DNA of 63,294 bases, the filler included, from Anaerolineae bacterium (GTDB taxonomy: Bacteria > Chloroflexota > Anaerolineae > Epilineales > Epilineaceae), in assembly GCA_029262755.1 (NCBI GenBank). It is 6 parts of 6 records of this genome, joined end to end, with 100 filler letters (N's around TTAATTAATTAA, not from the genome) between each part and the next. Parts side by side here need not be neighbours in the genome. Positions count along the whole stretch, not along the records: positions 57,458 to 60,255 come from JAJCYU010000233.1; positions 60,356 to 63,294 come from JAJCYU010000240.1; 4 more parts are not named here. One strand, written 5' to 3'. Numbering within the stretch: position 1 is the first letter of the stretch; every line of letters begins with the position of its first letter. Of the stretch, positions 58,548 through 63,294 are shown piece by piece. Made by a program: the position numbers and the translations under genes. Under the pieces are notes generated by a model. That model had not been told where the DNA came from. It saw only the letters and a list, made by a program, of their open reading frames with translations, and made no database searches.

Positions 58548-59324
58548 ATGAAACTTGAAGATGTAACTAAATTATTAATCGAATTTTTAAGAAATCCTGA
58601 TTACGGTTCATTTGGAAGCTTTGGTTACGAAATTTACCTTCCCCCTTTAATTAGAACTTACTTTAAAAAACAAGGAATACAAAATACCGAAGGAAAAGTG
58701 AAGGAACTATCTCCTGCTTTTTATGATGCCTGTTGGGAGCTTTGTAGAAGAGGAATATTACGCCCTGGTATCAAACATTCTGAAGCGCAAGCCACTCCCG
58801 ACGGTGCATCCGGAAACGGTTATACCATCACATCATTTGGCCGCAGTTGGCTTAATGAAGGAGGACAAGATGACTTTGTTCCAACTGAACCGGAAAGATT
58901 CGCAGAAATATTAGAAAAATATAAATCAAAATTTGGTCCAGGATTCCATGAACGTGCACAACAAGCTATTCGTTGTTATGGCGCCCATGCTTATTTAGCA
59001 TGCTGCGTTATGTGTGGCGCTTCTGCAGAATCTATAATCCTTGCGGTAGCGATTGCAAAAGCAAAGGATGAAGAAAAAATATTGAAAATATATTCTTCTG
59101 CAAATGGTCGGAGCAAGATTGAAAATATTCTTATTGGCAAGATCCGCAAACAACTACACGATGATTACAAAGCTAACTCAACGTTGTTAAAATATTGGAG
59201 AGACGAAGCTGCACATGGAAGAGTATCAAAAATTGTTGATAACGAAGCATATACATCATTAATTCTTTTGTTAAGACTGTCTATGTTTATTAATGATAAT
59301 TGGAAGGAATTAATAACCACGTAA
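58548..59324 (+). CDS. Hypothetical protein with a HEPN-like (DUF4145-type) C-terminal domain
   Basis: A..CY...AYLACCVMCGASAE helix and WRDEAAHG (Rx4H) motif. Winged-helix-like N-terminus (WELCRRGIL...YTITSFGR). Confidence 0.65.
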   Translation: MKLEDVTKLLIEFLRNPDYGSFGSFGYEIYLPPLIRTYFKKQGIQNTEGKVKELSPAFYDACWELCRRGILRPGIKHSEAQATPDGASGNGYTITSFGRSWLNEGGQDDFVPTEPERFAEILEKYKSKFGPGFHERAQQAIRCYGAHAYLACCVMCGASAESIILAVAIAKAKDEEKILKIYSSANGRSKIENILIGKIRKQLHDDYKANSTLLKYWRDEAAHGRVSKIVDNEAYTSLILLLRLSMFINDNWKELITT

Positions 59325-59396
59325 CAATCGAATTCAGCAGATCCGCAAATCACAATACTTGCCTCTGGCTTCAATCTACAATCATCAATAATCATC

Positions 59397-60255
59397 CTAC
59401 ACCCTAACCATCTTATATGCAGTCCTGAAGATCACCAACAGCATTCCAGACCCAAAACAGCCGATTGCAATCAGTGTGAGTGGTATGCTCGGGTTCTTTT
59501 TTGTAGTTACGACTACAGCCGGTGTGGATTTTATGTCTTCGAAAACGACATCTACTCCATTAATATTTTGAACATTCTGACTGCCGATGCGAACGTAGGT
59601 TTGATTGTATTTATTATCGTTACCCTTTGAGACTAGCTGAATAACAGGGAGAGGGAACTGTGGCGGCATGTAAAGGTTAGCCAGTAGCACTCTCAATCCA
59701 TTCAGCTCTATAACATCCTTTATATTTAAAGATCTTGTTTCTCCGTCAATATTCAGTACTACAGAGTTTGGCATGTTCCCATAATTTCGTAAAAGAAACT
59801 GTTTGGTCCCACTGTCCACAAGCACAGGGTTGTTGTAACCGAGTGTATCATCATACTCTTTCCCGTCCTTCCTTATCTTCATCTGAGCAGTTATCTTCCT
59901 GGGCATACCATTGGGATATGAAGTAGAGTCAAGACCTGTCACCTTTAACTCATATTCACCGGATTGGACCCACGTATCGGCAATCGTTATTGGTCTGCCT
60001 GACTCCGACCAAATACCGCCAACAAGATGTGCTACCAACGTAACCAGGAAACCAATATGCACAATTGATGCACCGTACAAAGCAACCTTTTTGGAACGCG
60101 CCTTTACTTTTCTGAGGATAGAGTCCAGCGTACAGATGAAAATACATATCCCATACATGGCAAAGGCAATAAACATCAGGTAGAACCAGGTGTGTATCAG
60201 TTTAGGTTCATTAAAGAAAAAGGTAATATCTTCACCCGAAAGACCTTCATAAGAT
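59397..60255 (-). CDS. ResB/Ccs1-like cytochrome c biogenesis protein (5' truncated)
   Basis: CTL motif after a TM helix, GASIVHIGF, LGYNNP, and a C-terminal NP plus TM helix. Confidence 0.7.
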
Positions 60256-60355
60256 NNNNNNNNNNNNNNNNNNNNNNNNNNNNNNNNNNNNNNNNNNNNT
60301 TAATTAATTAANNNNNNNNNNNNNNNNNNNNNNNNNNNNNNNNNNNNNNNNNNNN
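60256..60355. other. Artificial contig spacer
   Basis: N run with TTAATTAATTAA. Confidence 0.97.
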
Positions 60356-60874
60356 ATTTTACTCCAGGTATTTGATGATGGAAGATTGACTGATGGACAT
60401 GGAAGAACCGTTGACTTCAGAAACACCATTATCGTGATGACTTCGAATATTGGAAGTCAATATATCCAGGATTTTATTAGTCATGGAAACAAGGAAGAGC
60501 TGGATAACAATATCAGTAAAACTTTGAAGGATGTATTCAGGCCTGAATTCTTAAACCGCATTGATGAAACAATAATTTTCAGCAGCCTGACAAAAGAGCA
60601 GATTGGAGATATTGTTGTGATTCAGCTTGCTGAACTTAAGAAGAGATTGAGTCAGCATAACCTGAAGTTGTCGGTGACAGAAGCTGCTAAAAAGTGTCTG
60701 GTGGAGAAGGGGTATGATGTCTTCTATGGCGCGAGACCTTTAAAACGTACAATTCAGCAACTTATTGAAAATCCCCTTTCATTAGATATACTTCAGGGAA
60801 AATTTCAGGAAGCCAATGAGATAATCGTGGATGCAGAGGGAGATTCTTTAACCTTTCATACAAAGCATCATTGA
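60356..60874 (+). CDS. clpB: ClpB-type AAA+ chaperone, C-terminal part
   Basis: [40 protein letters not shown]. Confidence 0.88.
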   Translation: MLLQVFDDGRLTDGHGRTVDFRNTIIVMTSNIGSQYIQDFISHGNKEELDNNISKTLKDVFRPEFLNRIDETIIFSSLTKEQIGDIVVIQLAELKKRLSQHNLKLSVTEAAKKCLVEKGYDVFYGARPLKRTIQQLIENPLSLDILQGKFQEANEIIVDAEGDSLTFHTKHH

Positions 60875-61044
60875 TATAGATTGGCAAAATGCAATCGTAT
60901 TATGTATGATTATGCCTTTTAACCTGAGTTGCCGTGCTCAGGATCTCCTGCGGTCTCCTGATACTCTGTGACACAGACTGACCGGATAAGCTTAAAGACG
61001 GATTATTGTACGACTAAAGTGCTTTTAGAAAGGATTCAAGTCTG

Positions 61045-62199
61045 TTGAATTTAAATAAAAAGAAAATATTGTTTGCAGCGGGGATTTTGATAAGTATTAT
61101 TTGTTCGTGGCTTTTTGTGAGAAAGATTGAATGGTCGAGCTTGAGCGTGGCTTTCAAAGAGGCTAAATATATTTACATTTTTCCTGCTATAGCACTCATG
61201 TTTATAAGCCACTATTTCAGGGCGATTAGATGGTCGGTATTAATATCACCGATAAAGAAAGTATCTGTATTAAACCTGTTTTCTGCAATCACCATTGGCT
61301 TTATGGCTAATAATGTATTGCCTGCAAGGCTTGGTGAAGTTATAAGACCGGTTATGATAGCCAGGAAAGAAAAAATTAAAATATCAACATCATTCGCCAC
61401 AGTTGTGATGGAGAGGGTCTTTGATATACTAGGTATCATTGTCATTACATCTCTGCTTTTCTTTTTCCTGCCCACAGAGTCATCTCAGGACAGGAATGTC
61501 AGTATAACGGGTACGACTCATCATGCTGAGGCCTCAACCGTTGATGCAAAAACAAAGGAACAGGGCGGAAAGGCTGAAGCACATTCATCTGCCATGAACG
61601 GGAAGAGAGAAACAGATTCACCAAACATATTAAAACAATTAAAGAAATGGTCGATTATCACGGCTTTCCTCGGGTTAATTGCAATTATTTTCCTTTTCTT
61701 GTTGTCTTTATACCCCCAGAAGGCGGGTGCATTCCTTGAGAAACTGCTCTTTCTCTTTCCTCACCATATGAAGGACAGACTGGTTAACCTCCTTCATTCA
61801 TTCGTCTCCGGTCTTCAGGTCTTTGACCATAAAACAAAGTTGATATGGATAGGGGTACTGTCTCTTATGATATGGCTCCTCAATGCAGCAACTGTATATG
61901 TATTGTGTTATTCTTTTGACATAGATTTATCTTTTGCTGGAGCTTGTTTCGTTATCGTTTGCGTAGCACTTGCTGTAGCATTACCACAGGCGCCTGGTTT
62001 CATAGGGGTTTTTCATATCGCTACACAGAAATCTTTAGATGTATTTGGTATCGGTTTATCATCTGCTCAGAGTTTTGCAATATTACTGTGGGCGATAACT
62101 GTCGTTCCCATTACTATAACAGGGCTACTGTTTCTCTGGAGAGAAGGGATAAGTTTCGGAGAAATATCTCATTATGATGAGGAAAAGATACCGGAGTAA
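61045..62199 (+). CDS. Lysylphosphatidylglycerol synthase TM-domain / flippase-like membrane protein (UPF0104)
   Basis: RAIRW, GFMANNVLPARLGEVIR, ERVFD and PQAPGFIGVF motifs, with many TM helices. Confidence 0.87.
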   Translation: MNLNKKKILFAAGILISIICSWLFVRKIEWSSLSVAFKEAKYIYIFPAIALMFISHYFRAIRWSVLISPIKKVSVLNLFSAITIGFMANNVLPARLGEVIRPVMIARKEKIKISTSFATVVMERVFDILGIIVITSLLFFFLPTESSQDRNVSITGTTHHAEASTVDAKTKEQGGKAEAHSSAMNGKRETDSPNILKQLKKWSIITAFLGLIAIIFLFLLSLYPQKAGAFLEKLLFLFPHHMKDRLVNLLHSFVSGLQVFDHKTKLIWIGVLSLMIWLLNAATVYVLCYSFDIDLSFAGACFVIVCVALAVALPQAPGFIGVFHIATQKSLDVFGIGLSSAQSFAILLWAITVVPITITGLLFLWREGISFGEISHYDEEKIPE

Positions 62200-62279
62200 T
62201 GCAATGACAGAAGCACAAAATTAAAAACAGGAATTTTGAACATTTGATATTAAGATTTGGTTCGGATTTTGTGCTTTAA

Positions 62280-62981
62280 TTAACGGTATCTCCGTCTCAC
62301 GGGTTTTCTCACAAAGAGTGTGCGTATGATATAAAATAGTATTATTCCTGACACAAATCCTCCTGCATGTGCCCACCATGCCACACCACTACCGGAAGTC
62401 GATGCCGTTATAGATACCGCACCGCTAAAGAATTGAATAAAAAACCAGAACCCGAGAACTACCACGGCCGGGAGTTCTATAATCTGCAGGAAAAAGAATA
62501 TAGGTACAATCGTGATAACCCTTGCGCGGGGAAATGTTACCATATATGCTCCTAGCACTGCCGCAATTGCTCCGCTTGCACCGATGCATGGAATTTCTGC
62601 CCGGCTGTTGAAAAAGACGTGAACAGATGAGGCGATGATTCCGCAGAGAATATAAAAGCCAAGGTATTTAAAGTGTCCCAGTTTGTCTTCAATATTATCA
62701 CCAAATATCCAGAGAAACCACATGTTGCCAATAAGGTGAATAAATCCTCCATGTAAGAATGTTGATGATATGAAAGGGAAAAACGTTTTTATGAATGTTA
62801 AATCGGAAGTCTGGTAATAGTGTTTTACATTATAAGGTATTACTCCATACTGCTTTAAAAACACTTCTAAATTAGAGCCTAAGGAAAGCTCATACAGAAA
62901 GATGAAAATGTTTACGATTATAATTCCTATCGTAACATAAGGAAAAGTGCCAGAAGGATTCCTGTCTCTTATAGGTATCAT
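62280..62981 (-). CDS. Rhomboid family intramembrane serine protease
   Basis: FLHGGFIHLIGNM, GASGAIA (catalytic Ser) and AHAGGF (catalytic His). Confidence 0.93.
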   Translation of the reverse strand: MIPIRDRNPSGTFPYVTIGIIIVNIFIFLYELSLGSNLEVFLKQYGVIPYNVKHYYQTSDLTFIKTFFPFISSTFLHGGFIHLIGNMWFLWIFGDNIEDKLGHFKYLGFYILCGIIASSVHVFFNSRAEIPCIGASGAIAAVLGAYMVTFPRARVITIVPIFFFLQIIELPAVVVLGFWFFIQFFSGAVSITASTSGSGVAWWAHAGGFVSGIILFYIIRTLFVRKPVRRRYR

Positions 62982-63294
62982 TGCCGCTTTTTTCTTCTAT
63001 AAGTGAAACCTTTTATAAAAATCCTATTTCAAACGAGCCAGCAATGTATCATAAGGGAAATGCTTGCCGGGACAAACCGTTTTTCGAAAGGTTTTATGCA
63101 TTATGACATTGTCTTTATGGATGTTACAACGTTTCTGCAAATAATTTATTAAATACAAAAGAGATGAAATCTGTTGATTTGTCGGATGATCAGTGTCAAA
63201 ATTACCAACTAAACATATTCCTATACCATGTTTATTGTACTCAGGATTGCCGGCATGAGCGCCATCTATCTGCTTGTTCCATCTGTTCCCGACC

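Noticed and set aside
60922..61015. Possible riboswitch upstream of the flippase-like gene
   Set aside because: Only a short CCTGAG/CTCAGG hairpin is visible and I recognise no aptamer consensus. An Rfam scan would be needed.
62280..62981. Rhomboid as the processing enzyme for the LP tag
   Set aside because: It lies on an AT-rich contig from another organism, and the tag has no TM helix for a rhomboid to cut.

Overview
This window joins six unrelated contig pieces with artificial 100-nt N/TTAATTAATTAA spacers (20787-20886, 37868-37967, 48966-49065, 57358-57457, 60256-60355). Pieces 1-4 (1-57357) are very GC-rich, look Chloroflexota-like (inference), and are dominated by cell-surface genes. 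These include four S-layer-like paralogs plus a remnant, two Kelch propellers, five divergent beta-propeller paralogs, an O-antigen-ligase/O-OTase-like TPR protein, a methyltransferase, and a coupled run of S9 peptidase, TPR lipoprotein, two CRTAC1/ASPIC proteins and two glycosyltransferases. argH, carbamate kinase, clpB and tRNA-Ala(CGC) are also present. Pieces 5-6 are AT-rich and come from a different organism: GH13 phosphorylase end, HEPN-like protein, ResB-like protein, clpB, flippase-like protein and rhomboid protease. There are four main highlights. (1) A secreted thioredoxin-fold selenoprotein candidate is hidden across two ORFs, with an in-frame TGA in a UxxC motif, a SECIS-like hairpin and an adjacent CxxC paralog. 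(2) A C-terminal hydrophobic 'LP' tag occurs on 11 secreted proteins from five families and resembles a strand repeated inside the S-layer-like proteins, suggesting a surface-docking system. (3) A 166-bp MITE lies between the Cys and Sec paralogs. (4) A Nif3/nucleoside-hydrolase chimeric junction is probably a misassembly.
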